Position numbers and translations under genes: made by a program
Shown: one piece after another, positions 50,040 through 64,000 of the stretch
Layout of the letters: each line of letters opens with the position of its first letter
Position numbering within the stretch: the stretch's first letter is position 1
The notes under the pieces: model-generated
Seen by the model: only the letters and a program-made list of their open reading frames with translations
Told to the model about the DNA's origin: nothing
The model's database searches: none
Assembly: GCF_001194135.2 (NCBI RefSeq)
Contig: NC_068992.1
Coordinates: forward strand, 33,173,088 to 33,237,087
Direction of reading: 5' to 3'
DNA length: 64,000 bases
Origin: Octopus bimaculoides
Lineage: Eukaryota

Positions 50040-50790
50040 CCTCAAGAATGTTGTCACTAGCCTTCTCTAGGATACCAATATTGGTGTTTCACTAATTGCA
50101 TTACCCAACTGATAGTGTGCTATAAGCACCCAAGAGCATTCCTGATGCCAAGTACTCAGTCTCATTTTTTGCATGACCTAGAACTGAAGCTCTATTAAAA
50201 GCTGTAGAAAGACATGCTTAGCAAAGGACAACACATTTGTACACACTTGGAGTTTTCATAGATGCCTCAGCACATTAACAGTCATGGCATACAGAGTGCT
50301 CATTCCAGAAGATGATTACAAATGCATTCCCTCCACAAGAAGCAAAGAAGCAGATACTCGAACCTGTCCAGATGAGAAATAGGTTAGTCACAACAACAGG
50401 CAGTAAAGAGATAACATGTGTCATTTGCCTGATCTTTCAACGATAGCTTTCTCTCAGCTTATTTCTGAGACTGGCAACCATGGATGTAACCTTGTCTGAG
50501 TTCTTAGCTACCTGGAGCCTCAAACTGAATCAAAGTACCAACAACTTAATAGAACCATCTGTTCAGCATATTACGATGCCTTTTGATTGCATGGACTTTC
50601 CACTCCAGGCGGAGAGTTATAAGTTCACCACCTTTTCCTGGTTCATTTTTGCTCATGTCCCAGTCTCATACTCCTTTAGGGTGATATCAACCACATCAAT
50701 TTCTATGGTGTCCTTCACCATTGCATTGACATAGCTTGCATATGCCAACATGGATCTTCTGCATCCCCATTCAAATGGGATGGTCCTCAA
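50040..50790 (-). mobile_element. Second Tx1/L1-clade LINE fragment
   Basis: Shares gcattacccaactgatag with 40690 and the AYAD region with 41190-41330. Confidence 0.65.
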
Positions 50791-52099
50791 CATCTTCAAT
50801 TTCAGTAGCATTGGCTGAAGTCAGTAAGCACAGAAGAAATTACAGTGAGAACCTGAGCATATTATCTTAAATGATTCCAATAGGTGACCATTTACTCTGA
50901 TCACTAAGCAAATGCAGCTGTACATTAAACATCTACCTCATAAAAACAGGACAAATTTGGATGCTTTAAGGACAGCCACCAACTGGCATTGGCTGACCCC
51001 TATCAAACTTCAAAGTTGAATCAAGCAAAATATCAGCTGAGAATCAAAAGACTTTAAATATAATATTGTTATATCTTTACTCTAATACTGTATTGTATCA
51101 ATCTATGGAAGATCATCTGTCTACAAACCACAAGATCACAGTTTTAACTCTGTTGTGCTGCTTCTTCATGTGGATGTTCATTTGGCTATAAAATAAAAAA
51201 AATTCAAGTTTCTTCTTGACTCTGAGAATTTTGCAATACTTATATAAGAATTTGAAGATATATGTTTGTAGTTTGTAGGCAGCGTGTTGCTTTTCTAGTA
51301 TTTAATGGAATTTTTTTTTTTTTCACTGAATGATTTTAGTAAAATAAATAAGAGATTTTGCTGACTATTGGGTATACTATTTGAGGTTGCTTTTTTGATA
51401 CATGTAGTGTAGCTATTCATATAGGTATCAATGCTAATAATTACATTGTGAAATAGTTTACTGTTTGCTTTTCGTTTTGTATTGGATATAAATGTTTGTG
51501 AGTTATTTGTTTTGCTTTAGTTTGATTTCCTATTTTGTTTTCTTGTTTAGTTGCTTAATGTTGAATTTTATTTCTGTTAAGCTTATATTTGGTTGTGTTA
51601 GATTAGTTTGTATGAGATTGTTCCCTGTTTTTCTCAGGTTGGCTGTTTCAGTTATATAATAAAGATTGTTTTGTTTTTTATGCTAATTTAGGAGATTATT
51701 TTGTCATTTTCTGTAAGCATTTCTATTTCTTTTAACCTATGCAAAGCTGTGATTATGCTCATATTATATTCTGTGAACCTGATCTGTTTTCTGGTGAACG
51801 TGTTTCCACTGATGGTTTTCCAATTTATAAAAGTGTTTTCTTCTCTGACACTGATGTGCGAATGTTTTACGAATAATTCTGAGGGATATGTGAGTGCAGC
51901 AAAATGCAATGGCAAGAGTGTTGCTATGTTTAACTTGATGTTGTTGATGTGTGGGTGGGTTTTTTTATGTTAGCTGTTTAAAATGTAAATTGAGTTATGA
52001 TGACTCTATGTTACTGCTAGCATTACCTGTATTGGTTATTGTATCAGGATGTATTGTGCACATTTAAGTGTCTCAAATGATGGTTTCCAACAGTATATT

Positions 52100-52560
52100 A
52101 AGTTGCTGTATTTGATGAGTGTAATCTGGTCAAACAGCTGATGAAGTTGGTAGTAAGAATATACTTGTTATTACTGGTGCTTAATTTTTCACGAAACTGC
52201 AAAGGAAGATTAGATTTAATTTGCCTCCCATAAGGAATAATTAAGCAAATTGTTTTACTATTAGTTATCTTATTTTTAGTGTAACTATATTTGAAAGACA
52301 TAGATTTACCTTTAGAATGAAAATAGGGGATTAAATAAGGGTTATCTCCCTTCCTCTGTTTGGTGTTGGCATATAAATTAAAATTGATATCATTTATATG
52401 CTTACAACTAAATTTCATATCTCCATTAGTAAATGTAGAATAAGATTGAATGGAATTAATGTAGGTAACTTTTTCTATATAACCTGCTTTAAGTAAGGCA
52501 GAGTTATAAAATTTGGCCTTATCATTGAAAATGTCAACATTAGCAGATAACTTAGACAAT
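52100..52560 (-). mobile_element. Second copy of the 11.6-13.6 kb Naiad subfamily (post-RT linker)
   Basis: LSANVDIFNDKAKFYNSALLKAGY and QIKSNLPLQFRE match 12965-13280. Confidence 0.85.
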
Positions 52561-52659
52561 ATAAATAAAATATTCTTAACTATGTGTGTGTGTGTGTATA
52601 TATATATATATCCTCTTACCTCCTTCCATGTGTCCAGTGTCCAGCCAGCCATGATCCTT

Positions 52660-53245
52660 CTTTCTTGACCTGACTGCCAACCACTTCTATGTTTCTGCTT
52701 TTAGACTGTTACTTTATACACACCAACTCAATTTGATTCATTCTCAGTCGAAAGACACCTTTTGTTATATTCTTGTTGTTTGTATTTGTAATTGTGTACC
52801 ATGTTCTCCATTTTTTTTTCTTTGTTGTGGTAAACATTCACTAGCTTTCTTACAAAAAAATCTAATGCTTTTAGCTTAGACTTTTTTGGGGAGAGGGGGG
52901 CAACCAGACCGAGCTGTCTCAAATAGTAAGGACTTCTGGTAACTTGACTGAGGAAAGAAGGCCACAAATCACCCGTCTTTTTTCAACTGTCCTTCTATTT
53001 ATTGTTTTTCCCATCTACCTTTGTATCATCTCTCTGTCCGAACGTTTTATTGTCTTCTATTGCTTTTCTGTTCCAATTTATATATATATATTGTTGTATT
53101 TTCGGATTGTCATTTTTCTTCTATTTTGTTTTTGCCAAATAAACACAAGCACTATATATTTGTTCTTCACTCGTTGATACTGGTCTTATTTTAACTCATG
53201 TCCATTGTCTGGAAATCTTTCATCATACATCTGGAACCTCTTATG
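52660..53245 (-). mobile_element. Penelope-like terminal fragment related to the 9.5 kb palindrome
   Basis: 53130-53240 aligns with 9490-9605 including the HHR-like segment. Confidence 0.6.
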
Positions 53246-55593
53246 CAATACATTTTGTTTTTGTGTGTGCTCTGGCTCCGCTTACTCCATTCTGATTTTC
53301 TATGATGTACACCCTTATGTGCGCACATGTTTGCATTTGTGTTTGTGTGTGTATGGGTGTGTGTGTGTATGCATATGCTTGTGTATATGTCATTGTTCTT
53401 AGCAACAGTGTGGCCTTCCCCTCATCCCCATCCTCTCACCCCATTGTGATGATGCTGTCCTAGGACCTGAAAATTTGGTACAGTTCCTGTATCTCTCTGT
53501 GTTTGTATGTTCACCCAATGTTGCCATCGTGGTAGTTGTTGTTGTTGTTGTTATTGCCATCACTGTCACCACCACAGCTGCTGTCATTGTTAGTTGAGTT
53601 GTTCAAATTGTTGCAGCCATCTGTGAGATTACTGTGTGTGTGTGTTTGTGTGTGTGCATGGCTTTGCTTCTTATGTTGTTTGTATTCATGCCGTTTATTT
53701 TTTTCATCTATTTCTATTTTTTTAAAAATATTTTTCACAGGTATGTGACAAATATATTTATTTATTTTGTTTTGTTTTGTTTATTATTTTTATAATTTTT
53801 ATCACTATTTCTTATATAAAAAATGACCATCCTGAAATACAACAATATATGTTTCAACGCACAATTTCACATAAGTAATCTTGCAACACAAAGTAACGAA
53901 CTAGAGTTGATCTCAAAATCATGATGAATGAAATACATTACTGTATACTATTTAACTTTTCACTGGTCTATAAAATTAAACAAATAACAGTGTATAACCA
54001 AACTATTTTGATGTTTACATGATTTACAAGCCTAATAAGTGAGGCTGCAGGAAAATTCATATATTCTGTTGAAATAATATTCCAATAATTTTAAACATTA
54101 AAATATTGCTTTTCCTGCTGAAAGAAGTAAAAAACAGCTGAACACTTCTGTTAACATGGTTAAAGTATTATGATTTTGGCTTGTTTTTCTTATTTGCAGA
54201 AATGCAATAATGGTTATTATGAAATTGAATTGTAAGAAAGTTTGGAAAGAACAGTTTGCTTTATATTCAAAGAGAACTAGTATTAAACTGTAAATATTGA
54301 TAATGTAAGAAAATCCTATAAATAATGAATCTCAATATATACATTCATTCTTCATTTTAAGTTGAAATCTTTCCAGGGATAATGTTGACTTTCATCTCTA
54401 AATTGTTGATAAAATTGTATATATTTTCTTGATCAAAAGAATCCATAGATCTGGGGGTTCATCTTTAGTTTCTGTGGATGAGAATCATTTCCCACTGGAT
54501 ATGATACCAGACTATTACAAGCTGTTTTGCTCTTGGGAGTAATAAAACTTAACTCTGAAAAATAATCATTTACAGTTATTCTCTCTGCTTACAGCTATGA
54601 ATCATATAATCTACAGAACCTCTGTGTATCTGCTTCACCCCTACTAGAAATAGCCAAATCTCCACTAACAACCATTTTAATCTCTATCCAAAGCCTAGAA
54701 TGTTGATAACATAATATTAAGTAGACTGCATGTGAAGGTGAAAATGACCACACTAATATTTATTTGAGTTTTCATATATTTTTATTTAACATGGAATGTT
54801 TCTATTTACATACATATAAATATTTGATTTGATGGGATGGTATTCATGAAATAGTGAATGGAATGATTAAAAGTCTTCTGCTATGCAATACACTGGATAA
54901 TGTTATGAAAGTAATTCATTTTTCTGAGAACAGAACAAGTAGAAAGTGTTAGAACTACTGCATAAAAGTATTTGTGAATGATTCGACATTGCAGCCAAAG
55001 GCTGATACCTTTTGTCAAACATAACACAAGCATGTTAAATAAGGAAATGCAGAAGAAGGTGAGAGACCCTTTCGCTGAATAAAGCAACATTAATCTGTGA
55101 GGACTGATGGGTAGCTCTAGTCTGGGGTTGAATCTATCAACTTTTTATAACCATAAGCAAAATTGTCTAGAATATTCAATTAAGTTATTTGGTGGGAAGC
55201 TTGCACACTTCCTCTAATGTTCATAAATACACCATTACAAGTTAACCAAAACTGAATAGGTGTGCTATATTTGTGAAGGCATTAATGCATTTAATAGTGA
55301 CACATTTCCTGTTATGGCAGTATGGTAAACCGTGCTCTAGAACTCAGAAACCTAAGAATGATGGATCGAAATTTAGCAGGAGCTTTGCTACCAATATCTT
55401 TGAAAATTACCAAGTCACTTTAATTTTAATCGTAATATTGCATTTTTTTATCTAGATATGTTTAATTTGTACATATTGAAGGTAATATATGTGCATATTT
55501 CACATCAAATTTAGTTACAGGATACAATGTGAAAACTTTGTTTTTGATCTTGTACATCTACAGTAAACTAACTTTGCATTATAGTGTTTAAAA

Positions 55594-57080
55594 CCCTTTC
55601 GTTACCATATTTCTAACCAAATTACACCCCTTATGTGTTTCAATTAATTTCTAACATAATCATAAATTTAGGCTGGTTTCGTTAAACAACTCTAACTTTT
55701 TTATTTATCAACATATTAATGTGATTTTTGGAAGATAAATTCACGAAAGGTTCTCAACCAATTCTATACCAAAATTTTTGTCACAAAGTGACTTTAATTA
55801 CAGGTAAATTCAACAAAATATAAAATTATTTAAATTTTTGTTCAAACATCGCTATAGAAAATGGGTTATTAGCTAATATTCANNNNNNNNNNNNNNNNNN
55901 NNNNNNNNNNNNNNNNNNNNNNNNNNNNNNNNNNNNNNNNNNNNNNNNNNNNNNNNNNNNNNNNNNNNNNNNNNNNNNNNNNNNNNNNNNNNNNNNNNNN
56001 NNNNNNNNNNNNNNNNNNNNNNNNNNNNNNNNNNNNNNNNNNNNNNNNNNNNNNNNNNNNNNNNNNNNNNNNNNNNNNNNNNNNNNNNNNNNNNNNNNNN
56101 NNNNNNNNNNNNNNNNNNNNNNNNNNNNNNNNNNNNNNNNNNNNNNNNNNNNNNNNNNNNNNNNNNNNNNNNNNNNNNNNNNNNNNNNNNNNNNNNNNNN
56201 NNNNNNNNNNNNNNNNNNNNNNNNNNNNNNNNNNNNNNNNNNNNNNNNNNNNNNNNNNNNNNNNNNNNNNNNNNNNNNNNNNNNNNNNNNNNNNNNNNNN
56301 NNNNNNNNNNNNNNNNNNNNNNNNNNNNNNNNNNNNNNNNNNNNNNNNNNNNNNNNNNNNNNNNNNNNNNNNNNNNNNNNNNNNNNNNNNNNNNNNNNNN
56401 NNNNNNNNNNNNNNNNNNNNNNNNNNNNNNNNNNNNNNNNNNNNNNNNNNNNNNNNNNNNNNNNNNNNNNNNNNNNNNNNNNNNNNNNNNNNNNNNNNNN
56501 NNNNNNNNNNNNNNNNNNNNNNNNNNNNNNNNNNNNNNNNNNNNNNNNNNNNNNNNNNNNNNNNNNNNNNNNNNNNNNNNNNNNNNNNNNNNNNNNNNNN
56601 NNNNNNNNNNNNNNNNNNNNNNNNNNNNNNNNNNNNNNNNNNNNNNNNNNNNNNNNNNNNNNNNNNNNNNNNNNNNNNNNNNNNNNNNNNNNNNNNNNNN
56701 NNNNNNNNNNNNNNNNNNNNNNNNNNNNNNNNNNNNNNNNNNNNNNNNNNNNNNNNNNNNNNNNNNNNNNNNNNNNNNNNNNNNNNNNNNNNNNNNCCAT
56801 TTTTTTGTCAGGATTACAAATTTTGAAAACACAACAGGAACAAATTTGGAAAAAAATCTCCCAAAATTCACAAAATTTAAAAAAACACGTTGATCGTCGT
56901 ACAAAACTATAGCTGAACTGTTTACACAAATAATCACGTGTTTTCACGAATGTACTAACGAGATTTGCTCAGATATTCTCATTTAAATATGAATAGGTGA
57001 TTACGGGCGGTTTTGGGCGGCTTGGTCACATGAACCAAAATTTTTTTCGGGCGGCTTTGGGCGGTTTGGTAACGAAAGGG
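55594..57080. mobile_element. piggyBac-like TIR element spanning an N gap
   Basis: CCCTTTCGTTACC at 55594 and GGTAACGAAAGGG at 57068-57080 followed by TTAA; left flank reads AAAA; gap 55883-56797 inside. Confidence 0.55.
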
Positions 57081-57473
57081 TTAAACTCAACTTGGATGCA
57101 ATACTACACACTAAGAAACCATGCATCTCACTAACAGTACTTCTGATGATATCAGTTGTGTGTCATTTTCCCTTCCTATGGTACCAAGTTTCAAATAGAT
57201 CAACTAAGCTAGCAAAATATTAATATATTTGTTGTTACAACAGCATATTGATAGAGAGGAGGATAAATGATTTCCAAAATTTCTAGATAGTAAAAACAAC
57301 ACTGAACATTATCTGCTTATTTACAATTTCAAAATATCAATGTTTTTTTTTCTCCAAAATATTTAAATTACATATCTCAGAATAAAAATAGTTGATGACA
57401 CTTTCATGCAGTGTGGGTAGTGCTTAAACACTGACCATTCAAATAACTCTCAACAATCAGGTTATAAAGACTA

Positions 57474-58392
57474 TACAAAGTGGTATCAAAATGCTCTCAG
57501 ACTCTTTATGTTTAACAAGAAATAACTTATTTACATAAGTTTTAACATCATCGCCTTTGAAATAGTCACCTTTCACAGCAATACATTGGTCCCAGCGTTG
57601 TTTTCTCCACTTTTTGAATTTGGCTTGGTAGCTATTTTCCGCAAGTGAGTTGAGGACCTTCTGTAATTCGCTCTGGATTTCAACAATGATGTTAAAATGG
57701 CAACCTTTGAGCTGTATTTTCATCTTAGGGAGGTGATGGAAGTGCACAGGGTCTAAATCTGGCCAATTGGATGGGTGTGGAAGCAATACTATGTTGTTCT
57801 GGGTGAGAAACCCGTGAGTGAGGACAGGGTGCTTTGTCATCATAAAAATCCAATTCTTCGCATTCCACAGATCTGGTTGCTTTCACTGAATGTCCTCCTT
57901 CAAACACTTCAAAGCATCGCAGTAGAACTCTTGATTGACAGTCTGGCCCTGGGGGGGGGTTGATTTCTTGATACAAAATACCACATTTCTGAGAGTGACA
58001 CTCATGGCAGATCTTCCAGATTGCTCATCATCTTCCAGGGACGGTCTTCCACTTTTTAAGTGCCTATGCCATTCAAAGCATTGCATACAACCCATTGCAT
58101 CATCACTGAAAGCTTGCCAAAGCATGATCAATGTTGCTGTAGTAGATTTCTCAAGTTTAAAGCGAGCTTTCACATTGGCTCTTTGTGCCTGTCCATGACA
58201 AAATTGCAAACTACAGCATACACATGATTGCAAAAACACAAATTTCACAACTTACAAAGTAAACACAGTGATGTCATTTGGCACAGTGCCTCATGAAGGT
58301 CACTACTAGCTCTCACAGTGAATACAAGCATACGATTTCATCTGTTGTCACGCAGCAGAACTAGTTCAAGAACTTTTTGACATCACCTCTTA
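57474..58392 (-). mobile_element. Internally deleted mariner
   Basis: QRANVKARFKLEKS, EWHRHLKSGRPSLEDDEQSGR, PQGQTVNQEFYC, HPSNWPDLDP and GDYFKGD motifs; degenerate TIRs. Confidence 0.88.
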
Positions 58393-58772
58393 AAACAATG
58401 TAGTCTGTTTCATTCTGTATTCAAATTTGCTGCAGGAGTTTTTATTGTTCCTATGATAATGCAAACACACACACATGCACACACACACACACACAAGCAT
58501 ATTTTAATTCCCTTGATTGTAAGTATCAGGTTTATAGGGAAAATGCCCAAAAATTATTACCCTAGTGATGGATGCATCCGATCAGGAAACGTTGACTGAC
58601 TCTTTATTGCTTTTTATTACATAAAATCATGGAATAAATAAGTACCTATCCTTTAGCCATATCTATACATAAATTTTCTAGCAATGAAACATTGTAATGA
58701 ACGTAAATTTATGAAAAGATAAAACATTAAATACATTATTATATAAACCTTGTTTAAGATTTTATACATACA

Positions 58773-58837
<65 letters not shown>

Positions 58838-60144
58838 TCATCAGATTCTTCATCATAAGATGAAAGAATCCCTTGATGTTAAGCTGCTTTATAAGAATCC
58901 AAGTTTTTGATCTCCCATCTGAATTGCTGTAAATTGATGTTTTAGGAGGCTAAATATGTTGATAGCTGCTTCAGCAAGGAAAAGATGAATGAGAAAAAAA
59001 AATTCTGATAGAGGATTCTAATTCTGAACAGGTTATGAAATTATAAATGGTCGATTTAACTAGCTGGTTGTCTGCACCAGATACTTTTATTTGAAGAACT
59101 GTTTGTAGTTATTGACCTTTCTTTGAGATACATTATTCTCTCAAAGAGAATTTGTTTAGATTTGAATTTGAATTTCATATTTTATTAGATATTAATTTAG
59201 AGTGTGAAGCTGAATTTTTACTTTTTTTTTAGATATAATATCAATAACAACATTAGCCACTGTCACCTCTACCATCTATCTTTAGTTTATTGAAATTCTA
59301 ATACCTTCTTCAAATAACTTCCTCCACCAACACATTTTGAAGTCAGTGCAGAATTTATTAATTTTATGTAAGCATAAATATTTAGTTTAGCTCAAATATC
59401 ATTCTAAGGTTATAACCATTAAAGTGAGAAGACGTAGGTTCTGACAATCTGATTGTATTGTATATATCTGCATAGGTAGTACTAATGACTAAAAAGTAAG
59501 TTACTCATGAATAGAGTGTCTGAGTGTACTTTAAAAAGAAACCACTTAAAAGGATTCAATTTTGTTACTCTCAGCTTTTATTATTTTCCTGATTTAAGTT
59601 ATTTGATTGACTTTGGCCAAACTAGAGTGCCACTTTGAATGATTTTAATTAGTCACACCAATTTCAGTACATATTTTAGTCACATGATTAACTTGTCATG
59701 TACTGTTTATTAAAAGGTGATAGAGAAAATAAGTTTTTTTGCATAATTCAGTGATAAAGTGTTGTTGAAACAACCCAGAACTATTTGGATGTGAAGTGAG
59801 CTTCTTAACTGAATGGTTATGCCTTCACATACACATAAAATGAATTTTACTCTCAAACAACTTCATCTGGATATCTGCTCCAACTACATTGGTTTTATTA
59901 CCAATACTGTTTCATCAGTGAAGAATGGCTTTTTAAATTTGGTGGTGCCTTATTTCAGACTCAAATATCTGGTAATCTCTCTCTTACTGTAGTTTGGTTT
60001 CAAATATCAACATAGATATTTCTTTAACTGGAATATCTTATTCTAGTTAAAGACATTGTAAGAAGTCTCTTGACCAGTCAAACTATGAGATATTTAGTCT
60101 CTTAATCCAAAACAGTATCATTGGTTAGATAGATGCCTACAACA

Positions 60145-60316
60145 TAGGTGCAGGAGTGGCTGTGTGGTTAGTAGCTTGCTTACCAACCACATGGTTCTGG
60201 GTTCAGTCCCACTGCGTGGCACCTTGGGCTAGTGTCTTCTACTATAGCCTTGGGGCCAACCAAAGCCTTGTGAGTGGATTTGGTAGACGGAAACTGAAAG
60301 AAGCCCATGTTGTATG

Positions 60317-60369
<53 letters not shown>

Positions 60370-60652
60370 TTGTGTGTCAGTGTTTGTCCCCCCACCCCAC
60401 CATCACTTGACAACCGATGCTGGTGTGTTTACGTCCCCGTAACTTAGCGGTTTGGCAAAAAGAGACCGATAGGATAAGTACTAGGCTTACAAAANNNNNN
60501 NNNNNNNNNNNNNNNNNNNNNNNNNNNNNNNNNNNNNNNNNNNNNNNNNNNNNNNNNNNNNNNNNNNNNNNNNNNNNNNNNNNNNNNNNNNNNNNNNNNN
60601 NNNNNNNNNNNNNNNNNNNNNNNNNNNNNNNNNNNNNNNNNNNNNNNNNNNN

Positions 60653-60703
<51 letters not shown>

Positions 60704-60880
60704 TTGTGTGTCAGTGTTTGTCCCCCCACCCCACCATCACTTGACAACCGATGCTGGTGTGTTTACGTCCCCGTAACTTAGCGGTTTGGCAAAAAGAGAC
60801 CGATAGGATAAGTACTAGGCTTACAAAAGAATAAGTCCTAGGGCCGCAGTCAAATGACTGAAACAAGTAAAAGAGTAAAA
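60145..60880 (+). mobile_element. SINE family A with 3' part duplicated across an N gap
   Basis: Intact head GGAGTGGCTGTGTGG...GGTTCAGTCCC; about 60350-60494 repeated after the gap. Confidence 0.88.
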
Positions 60881-61864
60881 GAAAACAATTCTCTGAAGAA
60901 TTTTGTATTTTAACTATTCAGCCTGTGAAACTTTGTAACTCTTTTTTCACTTTATTTTGTCAATAAATCTTGAATATACAAAGAACTATTTCTTCACAGT
61001 AAGTGGAAACTTCATCAAACAGTACAACTAGCTACACAGCATTGATACCAATAAACCTGCAACATAAGGACATTTAAAAGTCCCTTCAACTTTGAAGAAT
61101 CATGTGAATTAGTGCATAATTCTAGTTTCTTTGTGTTGGTACAAGTAAAATCTGCTTAGTGAATATTTTATTAACGACCAGATTTGTGTTCAAAAGTTTA
61201 AGCATTGAGTGGACATCTTGTAGTGCACCTTTTTATGCTATGTATCATAGTACATTTAATTCTAAAGAACAAGTGCTAGAAATAATGGGGAAATCATTTG
61301 CAATAGACCAGCATTCTCTCCAGTGGGACATTTTTATTCTCACATTCATTTAATCTTACAGAAACTTAAATTGAAGAATGATCCTGTGAAATCATCATGG
61401 AATTATGTGTAGAAGAAATCAATTTCTGCCTGCATGAGATCCAGAATGAGAAACATTCCCCGAACTGTGCTGTAGTTCAGATGTAAAACAAAATTGACAT
61501 GCTCATATCTATTATATCCAATTTACCTGTTTATTTCCATAGCAATGCTTCATAAAATAATGGGATACAAATGAAATATGATTAGTCATATTGATATCAA
61601 TTGGAAAAATATTAGACATATATAGATATGAGAGATAAAAAGAATTATGCAAGACTGAATTATTTAAAATATATTACATACATCCATGTTCTAGTTGTTG
61701 CAGAGGCATTAAGAATATTATGAGGTTAGCTGAATAATTACTGAAGTGAAAAACATATCTATAATACTGATTATTACTTAACCATTCCTCTTGATGTTTG
61801 ATCAAAAAAATACCTAAAAAAAAATGGGTACCAAAAATATTCTGTTCTAAAATTTATTTGAATG

Positions 61865-61985
61865 GCTGATAGGGGAGAGAGAAAGAGAGAAGGGGAGAGA
61901 AAGAGAGAATGAGAGAGGGAGAGAGAGAAAAAGAGATGGGAGAGAGAATAAGTGAGAGAGTGAAAGAGAAGGAGAGAGAGACAGC
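61865..61985. repeat. (GA)-rich low-complexity tract
   Basis: Direct inspection. Confidence 0.9.
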
Positions 61986-63439
61986 CTCTATACAATTTCC
62001 CAACCTGCTAGGAATAGCAACCAATGCTCCTATAAATCATACATAGTAACAGGTATATGCCATGTCTGAATGAAGTGAATAATTTTGACTTGAATGCCAT
62101 TCATTATAGATGTACTACTATGAACCAATAAAAGAGCTGCACATTCATTCAGCATGCTGGAAAGAGAAGACAAAGATTCCTCATATCACTCTCAACTGTC
62201 TTTAATGGAAAAGTCAATGAATAGTATCTTACAAATGTTAAGCCTGATTTAAAAATGGAATGGTCGTAACTTGAATGACTTTGATCATAAGTTCACTGGA
62301 TCAGAGCTAACCTGGACTTAAACAACAGGACCAGTTATATAAACATGATAAACACAGAATTATGTAGCACCTAAATTCATAACAAAATCCTTTAAGTATA
62401 CTTATATTCAAATCTTGTAAAAAAAGGTTTTATCCATTTTGCCGTTAGACAAATCGAATAATATATACCAGAAATCTGTTCCATTCTTTTATATTATTAT
62501 TCATAACAACAGCAGCAACAATAACAACAACAGCCATCATCATCACCATCATTATTTATTTTATAATAATAATATAAGAGAAAACTAATAAATATAGGAA
62601 GTTGTAGTAACATCTTCAACATCATAAATTTATAATGAAAGAATCTAAAAAAATAAATCTAGTTTGAACTAAGATTTGGAAATATGAAGTGGTACATTCC
62701 AGTACAACAACTTGAATCACTTTGAAAGGTAAAGTAAATAAAAAAAATAATAATGCAGAAAATAGTTGAGAATTTTTTATTTTTTATGTTTCTTCAATTA
62801 TAAAATTGCCATGAGTGGAATTATAAAATTTGTCAGCCATTCATTGGTTACTAATTATATATATGGATAGAAAACGTTCATCATGATAATTGCAATATTT
62901 ATTAACAACATCCTTTCCTTCTCCTTCTCCTATTCTTCATTCTCCTCCTCCTTACAATCACTATTATTAGAAATATACTCTCAACAAGGCAACAATAAAA
63001 TTACCATTGCTGCTGTTACAGAGTACTTCTATATGCAAACCATACAGATAAGAACAACATTGGTGAGCCAATGAGAGCGGTTCTTTGCCCTGAATATAGC
63101 AGCTACATTTCCCTCAAATCATACCCTACTGTCATGAAATAAAAGGGGTACTTTGGATAATAAAAGACTGCATAGCCATAGCTGGAATTCTTTTGAACAT
63201 AGGTTTGAGAACAGGTCTGTTAACTTTGAGCTACATGGCAACAGCAACAACTACAACAATAACAGCAGCAACTTCACTTAATGTACTCTCTCACCTTGTA
63301 CTCGGCTAGAGCCAGGAGGGAAGTTTTACCATCATATCAAACATTTATCTTGTTTTCACTCACTGAACTATTATTTCCATTTTGTAATTCTTCATGCAAT
63401 TCTTCATTTTATAATTCTTGGTTTGCTTTTGATGTTTTG

Positions 63440-63810
63440 TCCTTCAGCTTAGGTTGTGTCAGTAATGGTGGTGTTGGTGGCAGCAGTGATAGTGATGATG
63501 GGGATGCTGGTGACAGGGATCATGGTAATGTGGTGATGATAGAGCTAGTGAGGTGGGAGGGCAATGTTGATAGTGCGGTTGTAATGATGGTCATAATAGT
63601 GGGAGATGGTAGTGGTTGTGGTAGTTATGATGGTGCTGATAGTGGTAGTGATGGTGGTGATGTGATGATAAGGGTAGTTGTTGAAGGTGATGATGAAGTT
63701 TGATAATGATGATACTAATAACTGTAATGATAATGATGATAGTGGTAGTGGTGACAGAGTGATACCGTTAGCATTGTTGAATGTGGTGATGATGGTCTTG
63801 TTGCTACTGT
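63440..63810. repeat. Degenerate (GAT/GGT)n low-complexity tract
   Basis: Direct inspection. Confidence 0.85.
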
Positions 63811-64000
63811 TGTTGCAAGTATCTTTGAGCAGATAGATTTAACTAAGTTTATAACAACAAGCCAGCAGACCAAATGGAGCATTCAGTTAAAAACACTTCT
63901 AGAATATTCATTGTATCTTTACTGTCAGAGAATATCTTTCAAAAATACAGCACTTAATTGCATTTTTGAAATATGATAGAATGCATAAAGACTAATCAAG

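Noticed and set aside
58560-58600. ctagtgatggatgcatccgatcaggaaacgttg as a hammerhead
   Set aside because: Core scrambled and stems I and II incomplete; at most a decayed remnant
60350-60830. Duplicated SINE 3' half
   Set aside because: Identical copies around an N gap; assembly artefact
63281-63703. 140 aa ORF rich in G/D/V/M
   Set aside because: Product of a stop-free GAT/GGT low-complexity tract

Overview
AT-rich eukaryotic genomic DNA with many scaffold N-gaps, no intact protein-coding gene and no recognisable tRNA, rRNA or CRISPR locus. The SINE families, microsatellites and TE mix resemble an octopus (coleoid cephalopod) genome; this is an inference from recall and was not searched. 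The window is a transposon graveyard: six Tc1/mariner remnants (one near full length, with TIRs and TA target duplication), a FLYWCH-MULE element, a piggyBac-like element, RTE, RTE-X, Tx1/L1 and R4/Dong LINE fragments, four tRNA-derived SINE families, and several Penelope-like (Naiad-type) RT and GIY-YIG fragments. Most notable is a recurring non-coding architecture: five unrelated fold-back palindromes (arms about 120-250 bp), each with a hammerhead-ribozyme (HHR)-like motif in both arms pointing outward, plus solo HHRs. The solo HHR at 14409-14510 (-) has an intact catalytic core and an unusually long stem II. The longest Naiad ORF appears to end without a GIY-YIG domain. A few possible host-gene exons are listed at low confidence. 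Most boundaries are approximate and read by eye.
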